Shown piece after piece: positions 41,401-54,300 of a DNA stretch of 64,000 nt; positions within the stretch are counted from its first letter, which is position 1; each line of letters begins with the position of its first letter. This stretch comes from Owenia fusiformis (Eukaryota): assembly GCA_903813345.2 (NCBI GenBank), contig CAIIXF020000001.1, positions 45,260,001 to 45,324,000 on the forward strand, in the 5' to 3' direction. A program made the translations under genes and the position numbers. The notes under the pieces were generated by a model that saw only the letters and a program-made list of their open reading frames with translations, did not search any database and was not told the DNA's origin.

Positions 41401-42781
41401 TTTAGAAGTTACCTGAGATATAAGTGTTCCTTGCTACCCGTGCGGGATTAGGAATAAAATCTGGAGAGAATGGGCCACCAAGATTTCCAGGGCTGAACAC
41501 CTTACTCCATTTTGTACTGGCAGTAGGACTTAATGTATGGAGATACATAGAACAGTGTTCCTTTTTGTGCTTTAACATGTGTTCATTGCAGAAAAAGATG
41601 AAAGAACATTTGCAACACACTGGCAGATCTAGTGTGAAGTCATACCCTGAAAAAGAAAGCTTGTGTTTTAATTTTGTAATATTTTCCTAGCATTTCTTCA
41701 TTTAAACAAAAGGTAATTGATCTAATGCCTCATCACCCAACATAATCATCAATATCATTATAATCAATCAAGAGACTCTTCTTGATCATTTGTGAAATAT
41801 ACACATACCCTATATTTTCATGTACAAAATCCATATTACATTTGAAGTCGAAAACATTTTCTGTTAAAAAAAAATTCAAAAGTCCCTGTATGTCAAATAT
41901 CATTGGATAATAAAAATATGATTCAGTATGGATAGAGAATATGAAATTCACAATAGGTTAAGGTTTAGATACATACGTATGATACTATACCTGAAAATAT
42001 TTGCAATGGTTTCATTGGGTTAGGAATGAAATGAGGAGAAAAGGCACTGTCTAGTCTTTCAATATATAATATATCTGCCCACTCAAAATCTGTATTTTCT
42101 GCTGAAACCTCATACACATCATCTGTCTCTGACATCTCTATGACATCAGGTGTTTCTGTATCAGCATCCATTACATCATCATTTACATCAACTTGATTGG
42201 TTGTATCATCTTCACCAGAGACTTCATACAGCTGTTCTTTCTCATGCTCTCCATCATTGTAATATGCATACTCAGTCGTGAAGTTTGAATCATCAGTTCT
42301 ATAATATTAATAATTAAATACATAGACAGAGTAAAGAATAGTAGTAAAGGGATTGAAAATAGCAATAATTATGTTGTGCATATTAATTTTGTACATTCTT
42401 TCAAGTCCAACAACAATGCTTTTACTTTGAAACAATAAATTATATATTTTTTCAATTAATACTAAAAGCACTCAAAAGGCAATTAACAATAGCTTACTCT
42501 TGTTTAACATTTGAACAATCAATGTGTTCAAAATCACGATGTCCTATCTGCACTGGTGTCAAGCCATTAACTTTATAATCATAGGGTGTCAGTTTCACCA
42601 GTGGGTCCAAATCCAGCCCTTTTACCTCAGTAGGATATCTTAAAGTGGTACTCTTATGAGAGGTATAGTCCAATGCTTGTTCTGATGTAGGTATATCTGG
42701 GGTCAATTCTATGAGCCATTCTGAAGACTCGCCAGTCTTGTATGGTGGCACTCTCTTTCGTCTTGAACGTTTCAATCTCAT
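29442..42781 (-). CDS. Multi-C2H2 zinc-finger protein, ~1033 aa
   Basis: Exons 42498-42781, 41991-42298, 41413-41646, 39745-41023, 38837-39240, 35371-35571, 29442-29833 join in phase (3102 nt). About a dozen C-x2-4-C...H-x3-4-H/C fingers (e.g. FKCRICGERFVRKEKLIEHMEQIH). Probable non-coding first-exon donor at ~43446. Upstream exons are less certain than the finger exons. Confidence 0.8.
29873..31118 (+). mobile_element. Degenerate Tc1/mariner-superfamily element with a nested hAT-MITE fragment
   Basis: TA-flanked TIR CAGGCCGTATCAAAAAAAACGCAACA / TGTTGCGTTTTTTTTATACGCACTG; transposase remnant SPDLNCCDFFFWSYLRS (~30118-30172) resembles the SPDLNPxDFFLWGYLK motif. Confidence 0.8.
31808..34815 (+). 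CDS. Heparan-sulfate 6-O-sulfotransferase-like type II membrane protein, 361 aa
   Basis: Exons 31808-32040, 32851-33144, 34257-34815. N-terminal TM helix, 5'-PSB LHIQKTGGT, CGLHADWTELTEC, 3'-PB LREPIQRYVSEW, NLAINRQTRMLA, MAYFGLTEYQ, LNHLDIELY. Confidence 0.92.
32350..32797. mobile_element. Two adjacent small MITEs in HS6ST-like intron 1
   Basis: TIR TATTCCATAATAC (~32354 / ~32600) with internal ~40-50-bp repeats, then a ~40-bp TIR ATAGGTTATTT...GGGATTGAATATGGGTTTTAT (~32602 / ~32795). Confidence 0.65.
33326..33792. mobile_element. Kolobok-like non-autonomous element
   Basis: TTAA|AGGCACACT ... AGTGCACCT|TTAA termini. Confidence 0.55.
36432..37670 (-). mobile_element. HINE-like element with ~7 x 162-bp core repeats related to the 4336-5950 array
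   Basis: GGACGGAAAATCCAAAATGGC...CCCAGAATGCC.AAAAACTAATCAG units at ~36496, 36658, 36811, 36973, 37135, 37296 and 37457; (GCCC)n at ~37613-37641; ACAATATCGTACC at both ends. Confidence 0.8.
37749..38555. mobile_element. PIF/Harbinger-like MITE (TAA TSD)
   Basis: TIR CCCTACTATCACACCAAACT.GTTCT mirrored at ~38530-38555, TAA on both sides; internal second copy of the left end at ~38140. Confidence 0.7.
40275..40500 (-). repeat. Coding 15-bp minisatellite, (NE[VA]I[DN])n
   Basis: About 14-15 copies of TTCATTGTCAATGRC-like units in the 39745-41023 exon; also an 18-bp HQRVAP repeat at ~40745-40850. Confidence 0.95.
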
Positions 42782-43367
42782 TGTTGCTTTTCATGTAACT
42801 TTAGCATCAGCACAACCTGAATAATAAACATGACTTAGTATAGGATAGAAACTGAGTGAAGCTAGAAAATAAGATCTATTCAACGCAACAGTTTATGAAG
42901 AAATAGAAACATATGTACAAGACTAAACTTTTGTATATTTCAGATAGGTATAATGTGCATTAAAGCTGTGGCCTTTGGTAATATGATACATTAAGTAAAT
43001 GTCATGGCTTTATTTCTGATTTAGGTTCAACAGAAAATCGACTCATTTGCTTGTAAAACTGATTCTTTAAGAATGTTCAACAATTATTTTGAACGTTAAA
43101 ATTAGATATACAAGTATTATTATCCAACGTACAAAGCCCAATTTCATGTTTGCCTTAACCCTACGAGTATCAATCTGCACATTAAAAGAGAGAAACACCA
43201 TTCCCATGGATTAGGTCAATGGAATTGAATGCCAGTTTTAGATATGTTGTAAGTAACGTTGTGATATTTCCCCATGGTTCCTCAGAAAATATCGTATCTT
43301 CAATTGTTAATTTTTAGATCATTAGAATCTGGAGTATTGGGATTTGGATGAATGGAATTCAGACAAT

Positions 43368-44198
43368 TACTACTTTTTTCAAGGCCTGACTGCGTCGCTA
43401 ACATGCTAAATATAAGAGTTAGCTGACGTTTGGGAGTCTGACTTACCTTCTAAAGGTTAGAACCCGAATCTTAATGAAACCATATCACCTTTGTTGCGTC
43501 GATGATGATGCATAAACATAGCATTTGATAGAAATTAGCGTAAATGCTTTTCCGACTTTTTCATTTTTCATCAATGTTGACTTCCGGGAAGGCGTTGTAG
43601 TTATCACGAAATAACGCATTGACCCTTGAACTTTACTTTGTTGACGTGTCAACCAAGCAAGTCTGGTGTGAAAATTAAAAGAATATTAAGCAATGTTCTA
43701 CATCCGCCAAGCTAAGTGAAGTAGTCAATATTTAAAATTACCAATTTCAAGTGAAGTACGCAACGAACGAAACTGCGTAATCTACACTCCCACTATTGGT
43801 CTGAATGAAATGCTACGTAGAAATATGAGCCGTCTGCTGTATTAGTCGATTAATAGAGTAAGACCTGTTGGTGATGCTTTATAATTTAGACCAAAACATT
43901 GAAGAACAAACGAACCTGTAAATCGTGAAAACAACGAACAAATATTCGGTTTTCACATATGTTCGGTAATTTTTCGTATTGAAACTTCCGGAACTTACAA
44001 GGAAATCATTCATTTTCTCGATCCATGATTTACTTCTTGGATGTTGTGGCAAATGCTCCATGGTTGACGGAACAAAGGTGATATGGTTTCATTAAGATTC
44101 GGGTTCTAACCTTAAGAAGGTAAGTCAGACTCCCAAACGTCAGCTAACTCTTATATTTAGCATGTTAGCGACGCAGTCAGGCCTTGAAAAAAGTAGTA
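43368..44198. repeat. 133-bp near-perfect inverted repeat enclosing the presumed zinc-finger gene promoter
   Basis: 43368-43500 is the reverse complement of 44066-44198 (~2 mismatches); each arm contains AAG|GTAAGT. Confidence 0.92.
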
Positions 44199-44246
44199 GG
44201 ATTCAGACCATTGGGATTTGGACCAATGGTATGTCTTCCATATAAC

Positions 44247-44679
44247 CAGGCCTGTCAACTGTCCCGCAATTTGCGTATTTGTCACGCATTTGCTGAAGAA
44301 TTTGAAGTCACGCCAGTTATTTTTGCGTGACAGAAAATGTCACGCAAATACGCATTTTACCTGGTAATTGTCAAGCAAAAATATTTCTGTAGAAAAATTT
44401 CTAAAAAAGATCGTCTACACAGCAAAAATACGAACGCCGGAAAAAAATGTACGCATTTTGTTCGGACTTTTCACGCGAATTACGTATATGTCACGCATTC
44501 CGTTCGAAATTTTTCGTACCCCCCCCTCCCCCCCCCCCAAGATGTAATAAAATTTAAACCAAGGTGTTCAAAATTTGGATCAAGGTGTCCAGATTTGGAC
44601 CAAGGTGTCCACATTTTGAGGGGAGGTGTTCAACATTTCCAAGTCACTCATGTTAGGTGTTCCCAAGTTGACAGGCCTG
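44247..44679. mobile_element. hAT-like MITE with 6-bp TSD
   Basis: TIR CAGGCCTGTCAACT / AGTTGACAGGCCTG, TSD TATAAC; homologous to 13493-13996. Confidence 0.85.
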
Positions 44680-46836
44680 TATAACATACTGGTAACTAGA
44701 TATGTGGTGAATAACATATCATTTCCTTATTTTCATTTGAACAGACGAATTAAGACAATCATGCTTCTGATTGTAAAGTTACATGTATTGCGAGATGAAT
44801 TGGTGAAGATTGAAGATTCACTCTTTCAGTCTCAGAAATAATTTTTTTAAACTTGTCAATTTTCAATTATAAGCACATACACTCGTCGTATACTATACGT
44901 AAATCATATAGAATTACACATTAACTTACTTATTTTACTACGTTTATATCCAGCAACTGCTCAATTACACCATTAATTGTGGAAACAAGGACAAAAATTA
45001 AAGAATGAAGTTTTTCTTCACTGCTACCGGATTACGCAGCAAAAAGAGTTTTGATTGTTCAATTTACTTTGACCTAATTAATTTTGCGCGAAATTCGAAA
45101 GTTTAAACTAAGTTTTCAAATTCAGATGCCTGAAAGTTGGAATAGCTTCCCTCATAGTTATTGTTATATTGTTGTTGCTATCCTTTAGAGGTGATTTTAT
45201 GTGACCTTTCTCTTTCAGCACACTGTAAAAGAGATGTTGTAAGTTACCTAGATGGTGAACACTGCCTCTAATGTGTTGGATTGTCATATGGACTTGCATT
45301 TGGGGCCAATACGATCCTCAGAGACCCAGAGCGAGCATGAATGCACCTATAAGTTACCAAGACCCCAAGACTGATGTTTACATGTAGGCTTCCTCAATTA
45401 GAGATTCCGCAAATAAGAATCCTTCATTGAGATCCTCAAAGTCCACCCTTCAAATTGGATCATCCAATCACAATGTAGCCTTGTCTCAATTCTATGTATA
45501 CAGGAGCGTAGCCAGTAATTGTCAAGGGGGGGGGGCGATTTTTTAGGTTTGCATAAATGCGAGCTCAAAAAAGGGGGAACCCCCAGAAATTTTTTTAATT
45601 TCCTTTGTATATGGTGCATTCTAAGCAATTCAAACTATAACTTGTTCATGTTTTTCAACAAATTTTACAAAACTGCTTTTTGTGTGGGTGGAGAGGGGGG
45701 GGGGGTGCTATCGCACCCATCTTACCCTCTGGCTACACCCATGGCATATGCTTCTTTTTCATGTTTTTATGTTGCTCTGAAGTAGAAATAGAACTTCCCA
45801 ATGATTTTGTCAGCCTTATTTTTCTACCTTTCCTACCTCAAAAATAATGAAATTGGTTGAATTACCCTCCTCAAATATGATAAAAAGAATCTATGCCCTG
45901 TTGGCCTGTTCATAGACTTCAAACTTTTATATGTCTCAATCTTCCCTATCTTACTTGCAATCCCTATATCTATAATAAACAGGGGGAAATAGATTTTCGG
46001 AGAAGCCATAGGCTTGCTAGCCTTTTTCCTTACCCTAGATATGAGCTTATTCTTCTGAGTGAAATCTAGAAAAAAGTTGGAGCAAAAATGGAACTTATCA
46101 AAAGTAAACACAAATCAGTGAGTGGTGGTGCATAAATGCAATTTTTATATTTATTTCATATATTATTCAGTAAACACAAATACTCTGGACTTTCTAACGC
46201 TCATGCTTAGGTATATACAACACTACATTTAAGCTTATCACAGTTGGAGATTTCTTATGTACAAAATTAATATATAACTTGTGTATTTTCAGTACAGGTG
46301 ACATTTCCTATTACTCTTGAATCACAGGCTCTAAAAGCAGTTGAAACCAGAGAATTTTAGATTTTTGCCACCTTTTGACATCTTGCTACATACCTATTAC
46401 CTTACAACTTAAGATGCTCAACATAGTAAAATTATATAGCAGAGATTATTTCTACACATTTTAAAACAATTTTTGTGTATATTGAATGAAAATTGTTTAA
46501 ACAAGCTATTTTAATGGCGACAGATTTTCTCGTCACTCTGGGTTTCAAGATAACTTCTGAGGTGACAAGAAATCTTGTCACTCCAGGTAGACTCCAATGA
46601 TTCATAGAGTCTATTACTACTTCAAACTACTAATTAAAGTCCATGTTTGAACTGTAAAATGTGCTATTGCCATTTTTGAAACAGAATGTACACTGTTGTC
46701 TTGAAATCTCACACCCAGTTTTATGATACCTATAAAAATTACAGGATAATATCATTAGAAGGCTTACACAATGGGACCCACAAAAAGTGAATAAACTGTA
46801 GTTTATATATTCAGATATACCAGTATGTGTATATAG

Positions 46837-47421
46837 TAGTGGTGTCAATTAACCGCTTGAGCATTAACCGGTTAACCGGGGGTTTTTACCGGTTAAAGTC
46901 GGTTAACCGGCGGGAAATTTGAACTGATAATTTCAAATGAAATCTTCATTTTCGATCTTGAAAGTTGAAAAAAATTGGAAAATGATATATCGGCGTTTAT
47001 TTTTTACGTTCGTCAAGCTTTACTCTATTCTATGCAAGTAAGCGCGGGAAAGCAATGTGGCAGGGATTAAAGTTGCTGATTGGATGTTTGTAAGGAATTA
47101 TCGGACCTATCACATGTATGAGTAGCTCACATGAAACTGACGCTTGAAAAACAAACAGATTAAAATGCAAAGTAAGCGCGTGAAAGCAATGTGGCAGGGA
47201 TTAAAGTTGCTGATTGGATGTTTGTAAGGAGTTATGGGACTTATGACATGTATGAGTAGCTTACGTGAAACTGACACCATAAAACCAAACGGATTAGCAT
47301 GCAAAATAAGCGCGGGAAATAACAGAATTATACACGGTCAACTAACCACCCATAAAAACACAGACCGGTCAAGGCATTATCGGCGGTTAACCGGTTAACC
47401 GGTTAATACTTGACACCTCTA
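46837..47421. mobile_element. hAT MITE with 8-bp TSD
   Basis: TIR TAGTGGTGTCAA / TTGACACCTCTA, TSD GTATATAG (46829-46836, 47422-47429), subterminal AACCGGTT repeats, ~135-bp internal tandem duplication. Confidence 0.9.
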
Positions 47422-47688
47422 GTATATAGTACTGATGGTATGCTATAAAATAGGTTCAGATGTATCAGAGACATACATGAAAATATTTTCATGTATGAAT
47501 GAAGTGGTTAAGAATTCTAGTTTATATAAGTTCTGTACATATATATAAAGAGACATACAAAGAATATATATTTACCTCCTTTACAAAATAGGAATAGTAA
47601 ATAATACAAAATATCATTTATTTCACTGACAAAATCTACAAAATCTTCCATATACAGTACAATATACAAAAATAATGCGTTTATAAAA

Positions 47689-50600
47689 TTACAAATCCAA
47701 CAATCCCAGTTTTTTTATTTCTTTAAATTGATCTGGAATTTCCATGAGTGCATGGAGAGCAAATGCTGGTTCTTTATTCCTATAGTTCTGAAATACACCA
47801 TTTGCATCAACGAACTGAAAATTGTCAAATTTTCTAGTTGGTAGTTTGTCGTCAAATTCACGCATCATGTCCCATGGTCCATCACCGACTCCAACCATAA
47901 TTATCGAAAGCGGCCATTTTGATGCTTCAACTATTGCATTTATTGTCTGTTTCTCACTCGTTACTTGTCCATCAGCTACGATAATCAGAATGTGGTACTG
48001 AAATGTAAATGGAAGTGAAATATTTTAAATAGTTTTGGTAGGAGTTTGCACAAAAATATATCAGAACATCATCATGCTAAAAGACACTGATAGTGATATT
48101 ACATAAAATTTATGACATGTTACAATTATCTTATGACAAAAAAATCTAGCAAATTAGTTATGTTTCAACAAGGATTGAGATTTTAACATTTTCAAACAAA
48201 TCATATTCCACTTTCATGCTTTTAATCAAAATTTTACTTTAATATCATTTTTGTGATCTCTTTAAAAGGTTTATATATACAAGTCACATTTATTGAATTT
48301 TAAAAACCAGGGAGGCCTCCAGGATATGGGACCATTCCATCGATTCCGTATGGCTCAAGGCCTACTTTTAGTTATTGATGATTACTTACTGATTTTGTTT
48401 GTTGCACAATTTGGATTGCCTGGTGGATGAGTGGTGCAAAGTTAGTTGGACCACTGAGCTTAACTGAAGGAGTCAACTGATTATAAGATGCTAGCACATC
48501 ATGGAATCCATTGCAATAGCCCTGGAAATATAAGAAATACATAAATAAGGTAGGGCAATCAGAATGAGTTCAACAATTTGCATATAATAAGCTTCCAGTA
48601 TCTGAACCATTGATCTGCAAAAACCATTGAACTAGATCCACCTTAACTTAGTAACACCATAATATTACACTGTATGGAATAAGCATTGTTGACAGAGTTG
48701 CAAAATGTTCAAACATGTGCATCTGGCCAGGTCACATTGGGTCATGCATAAATAAACGATGAAAAATGATGTATCTTCACATACACTGAGTGAAGGCTAA
48801 ACCCCCAAATTGATTATTTAAATGTGAATCAATTTCAAGTCACCTTGGAAACAAGTTAAAATATGATTCATTGAACAAGATGGCATAGTTGAATTACAGG
48901 CAAATTGTTATGAAAGCTGTATGGTTTACCTATCTAATGGGACCATACCCAACGCAAATTGCAGACATACTTGTAGAGAAAAGTACCTGGCACCCAGCAT
49001 GTCCGGACACTGGCCATTTCTTACTTCTCAAATCGAGATTGGTGCAAATGTCACAGAGGCATTACTAGCTCCAACAAACAGAAGGATAAAATAGACAATC
49101 ACATATAAATATAAAACATTCACTTACTTCTTGTCTGAAAGGAAACACTGCCTTATCTTTGGTTGAAATATCACCAAATCCAAAAGTTGGTATAATTCCA
49201 TCATCGTCAAAAGGGCTGAGGGTTTCCCCAATAATTGAAATCACCTGAAAATAGGAAGATAGTAATACAAGTGTGTTAAATAAGTTGAAATGCTATTATA
49301 TTACAAATGGTGCCAAGTAACATAAAAATGGTGCCATGCCCAACTATTTTTTTCCATGTTTTACTGAATTTACATTTTAGCAAGTGACTACATGCATCAC
49401 AGGCTAAAGGGTGATACGAATATCTTTTAATAAAAATAGGACCCACGGTCCTGTGCTCACACAGTTTGAAACCTTCAGAGGAATGTTTATCCTGACTTTC
49501 AAACAAAAATATTGATTTGGATTTGTAGTCTCGAACTTTGAGAAACTTAGATAGCACAGTTGTGTGACCTAGTTTGATGACCTTTGACCTTGAAAATTTT
49601 ACTTATTCAGAGCTTAGTAAGGTATTTTGTGATTAAGGTGACCAAAATTTACATCCAAATATCAATTAGAAAAATCAACTTTTTTGACCTTTCGAAGGTC
49701 ACTGAAGGTCAAGTAAAGGTCAAATCCTAAAGCTAATGTCAGATTTGAACTCCTGGCAACTTGTAGATGATTTTCAAAAAAATATTTGGTCAAATTAAAA
49801 CAAGTTGAAAAATTAACTTATTTTTACTGTTTTTTACGTCGAATAGGGAATGCTTGAATCTAATAATGATGTAATTCATTGCAAGAAGATCAAGTATAAG
49901 GCAAACTTTGAGAAACTTGTCAATCAGAAAACCTGCCATTGACTTTATAAATGAGAAAGTTTCCTGAAAATGACACGTCCTACTTTTTGTCAAAGTTTAT
50001 AGAGTAAACACCAAAAACTGTAATTCCAAGAGCTTTGAAATCTTCAGAGGACATAAGTTGCATATACAGCAACTACTACAAGTTATTTGAAAGTTCTACT
50101 TCAACAAAGTGTCTAGTATTAACAGAAAATTTGACTTTTTGACGTCAAAATCAGGTCAAATATGATAGGTCAAATAGGCATTATGGATATGCATAAAATG
50201 AATGTGGATATGACTCAATCCGAATAGCAGTTTTAATTTGTGCGGCCAATGTTGACGGACAGACGGACGGTCCAACGGACGGACGACCCAATGGACGGAT
50301 GCCTGGTTGATCCCATAGGTTCACTGTGTGAGCCAAAAAGGGTAGGCCAATCGATCTGTGTTTATTCAGAAAAGTTAATAGGATTCTACCTCTGCTGCCA
50401 TCTTTATATCCACCTAAAACCTATGACATGTATTGTGTAGCTGGCCACAAAACTGATACTAATAAAAAACATTACTCTGTAAAATTCTTACTTAGGTAGC
50501 AAAAGGGGGTGAAATAAAACATAAAGAATTCATCCTTTCTCTGAACATCATATGGCTTGAGAATAAACTTGTTTATTAGGAATAAACTGGCTTGAGAATA

Positions 50601-52658
50601 AATATGTTTGACTGATTGCTGATTTTCTAATAATACTAAATGAATAATAAAGTAAGTACTAAGTAAACAATATGAAATATGAATTACTTGCTGATATTGG
50701 TTCAATCTATCAGGACTCAATGTATGTAAATTTTCTCCGCCAAATGTTCTTTCCCCCTGATAGACATTACTGGCTGTGTAATCAATTCCTGTAGAGAGGA
50801 ATAAACATATTAACAGGCTGTTGACATTTTAGGTGTGATCTCCTACATTTTTCACTGAATTCTACAATTTACAGATTTAATCACTTTCATTTTGTAGATA
50901 TGCACGAGAAAGGTGTAATATTTGCAAAGCTGGATGGGGCACAATTAACAAGATATTATGTGTAGAATTTAGTGTGAAATGTTTGAGAGAACCCCTTATG
51001 AAGTATCATTCTGTACAACATACTTGCTGATAAGGATTTGGGCTAGCACCTCCACTAGACATATCATGTAGATTCTTGCCCTGGAATGTTGTTTTCCCCT
51101 GCCATTCATTACTCATGGTATAGTCAATACCTGCAATAATTATGATTGTGATGTTCTTATTCATATTTTTGCTTGTTGTGTTTTTATTAACTAATATCCA
51201 GTTTGAGTGTTTGTCTTATTGTTCAGTACACGTACATGTTTTGTGAATATTTTATATTATTTACAGTATTTGACTGAACCACAAAAAGTCCTTTGACTGG
51301 ACAAGCAATGACTGGCAATACATGTAGCTTTACTTGCTGTATAGTTCTCAAATATAATGAAAAGTTAGAAGAATAACTACTGTCAATGTTACTACTTCAC
51401 TGAAATACTATTAGATAGAGCAAAGACTTATACAGACAATAGAGCATGCTCATCTAATGTTAGGTAACAGATACTAACATAATACTGCATCAATATAGAT
51501 ATGCTGTGCTTTCATTAACGCCGTCCCATAATGGAGAGGACCCGGTTTTTATTATAGGGACCCCAAACAATGAAAATGAGGGGTCACTTGGACGCAGTGC
51601 AGGTCATATCAAAAAATCATCTCTGGATGAATGGATTGATAAAGATCTTACCTTCAGTCTTTTATTTGGTCAAAATCCGCTAAATAAACGAAGGATATTC
51701 TATTTCTAAAAGAAATAAAATCATCTTTTGGACTTTCTTTCCCGGAAGTTGATTTCCGATCAATATAGTATGAGGTATGTGATAGGACAATCACTAGTAG
51801 TTGATTTCCGAGCGGTAATCGGTACGAATCCTATGATTGGCCGTGATTATTAATCGCGCATGCGTCTTGATAATTTTGACTAATCAAATTGCTGGATTTG
51901 TTGCGCATGCGCAAAAAACTGAACCAAAGAATTGAACCTCACGGAGATTGCTCCTAATCAAACTTTCTGAGCGATCAAAATCAATAGCAAATTGCTTTGA
52001 AATACGCGAAGAAAAACGGTATTTAATGGTTGAATATTAGTAACCTCTTTCAAATGAAGGTATCTGCATTATTTAATGACCTACTAGACGTGTGCAGAAC
52101 ACTGATCTGGGCCAAAAAATAACAAAACTGATGCAAACGTTTCAACAATTTTTTTTCGTTCAGTGCAAAAATGTGACATTGAATTCCCGGGAACCTTTTT
52201 TCATGCGGACGCACTTTTTTGAGGGGGGACGCAATTTTGGAAAATCAATCCGTCCCAGGGACGCACTTTTGGACAAGCCTACTGAAAGCACTGATATGGT
52301 TAAACAAAGAGTTTTACTTCTAAAAAGACACAGTATACCTGTGGCATGCCACTCATAATAATTGAAAGCTCATGGACTTACCAAATATAAGATTGCTTGA
52401 TTCTAAACCAGCTTTTCTTATAGCTTTAGTCACATCGTCAATACTTGTGAATTTATCAGCAATTGCGTTGATATGTGTTGCACCATACAACTTCATAACA
52501 CTATTCGGCTTTGAGTTTGAACAGCTCTGAAAAAAGCCACTAAATGTTCCACCACTTTGACTGGCATTTGGTGAAGCTGGCTTGTTCTTCTTACTTCCTC
52601 GTATAAAGAAAAACCAAATGAGAAATATAAGTATTCCAAACAGATATATTTCTTCCAT
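47689..52658 (-). CDS. Copine/RGLG-type vWA-domain protein with N-terminal TM helix, no C2 or RING domain (313/311 aa)
   Basis: Exons 52382-52658, [51024-51130 or 50688-50788], 49128-49244, 48390-48521, 47689-47997. Motifs: [80 protein letters not shown]. Confidence 0.93.
49436..50340 (-). mobile_element. HINE-like element, family 4
   Basis: SubTIR GCTCACACAGT (49455) / ACTGTGTGAGC (50323); degenerate (GGAC)n ~50254-50300. Confidence 0.65.
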
Positions 52659-53349
52659 GTTCAATTCTATACGGTATCAACTTTGAAATCTGCCTTATAT
52701 TATTGTGTTAGCTCTGAGTCTTAGTCTGACAACTTTAGTTTTATTTTATTCGATTTTATTTCCATCTATTAGTAGGCCTAGTGGGCGATAATATAAGATA
52801 ATGCTAAAATGTGAAGAATCCTCTCGTTCCTAACTACCACCGTCAATTCTTGAGTGTCAAGTGTATCTTTTCATACTACTCATCAAGTTTTACAGAGATT
52901 CTTGCATCATAAATGTGTCAAAATCTAATTTTAAACAACTACACGTCAGCGATGAAATCAAAACAAATCAAAATCTCGTCACTTCTCGTGAGATTACACG
53001 TAACTTCCTCTTCATTTGTTTTTGTGACACGTTGAAAAATATTCAAAGTCGGTGCGTTGTTTACACATATTACTCAATACTAAGGTGAGTAATCATTGTT
53101 TGTGTAAATCATACGAGGAGATAATTTTCATTGTCACATGTTTGACTAGTATTGAGTGTATTTAGCATCTGATACATACATCTTTCTGTTGAAATTATTT
53201 GGCTCAAAATTTGGGTAAAAAAATAAAAAGAGCCCCCCCCCCCACCCTAGTCATACTCATGTGCCCCTACTTCAACAAGTTAAACCCGATCCGATTTATT
53301 GATCTGAATTTTCTTGGTGCCTGATTTAATTTCCGTCCTATGTTTTTAT

Positions 53350-54300
53350 GTTATCCCGTGCCAGGACTATAGTGCTGAGAACATCACGATCTTTTGCCTG
53401 TACGATTACAACATGGGAGAATTTTCTACACCTCTTACACTTAAGATACCTACTTCAATAGATTCCGTGGTATTTTAGCATTCGTGTACAGTGCTGATAT
53501 ATAATAATTAAGGGTGCATTTTCAAACTAAACAGAGAGCTCCTACCAAAATGAATTTGTCTACATACCCCAAATAAAACAAAAGTTTTGCTATTATACGT
53601 GAAAAGTTGTCTTGAAAATTCAAAGTGATTTTACCTGTTAATTCTGTACTTGGTCCCCCATGTTGGTGGAAGTTACGCTGAAACGCAAGCTCCATTAAAC
53701 GAAACGAAATCATTAGAAAAAGCCATGGCACACATTGTGCGCATGTGCAGCAAAGTTTAAACCAATCAGATTATTTGATTATTTTGCGCACATGAATTAT
53801 TTGCTTCTGAACACTAACAAGCTAACCACAATAAACAAACCTCTCAGAGACTACCCTTAGCCTACTTCATTTTAGCGAAATTTTAGCTCAAACTCGTGAC
53901 AAATGCATGAGACACTCATTTTGGTAAATATGATTTACAGTGTATACTTTTCTGCAGTTTGTGGGAGTTTGGGACATTAAATGTTATAATTCAAGAAAAT
54001 ATGAAAATTATACGACTTATCAATTATTTTGAATCAGCACTATAGTTGAATCCACAATTATCTGGGTTTATCCTCAGAACATGAACATTTTTCTTTTTCA
54101 TTGAGAGAGATTCCATCACTTTTTATGATGGCGGTTGGATTTGAAAGGAGATTCCCCATTAGACTGGCCCAGAAGTGGCCTGCAGGTACCTATAAATGGA
54201 GGAATTTGACGTAGAAAATTCTCCCATGTTGTAATCGTACAGGCAAAAGATTTGTATTGACGTTCTCAGGACTAAAGTCCTGGCATGGGATGATATTTAT
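53350..54300. repeat. Inverted repeat pair in OST4 intron 1 (probable MITE arms)
   Basis: TCTTTTGCCTGTACGATTACAACATGGGAGAATTTTCTAC (~53390-53429) is mirrored at ~54211-54250, with diverged similarity extending outward. Confidence 0.65.

Noticed and set aside
41808..41860. Candidate extra zinc-finger gene exon (ENVFDFKCNMDFVHENIG)
   Set aside because: Good acceptor, but its donor is phase 2 while the next exon needs phase 1; the flanking exons join correctly without it. It could still be a poison exon.
45108..46111. Short ORFs between the zinc-finger and copine-like genes
   Set aside because: No recognisable domain or consistent splice chain; partly MITE sequence.
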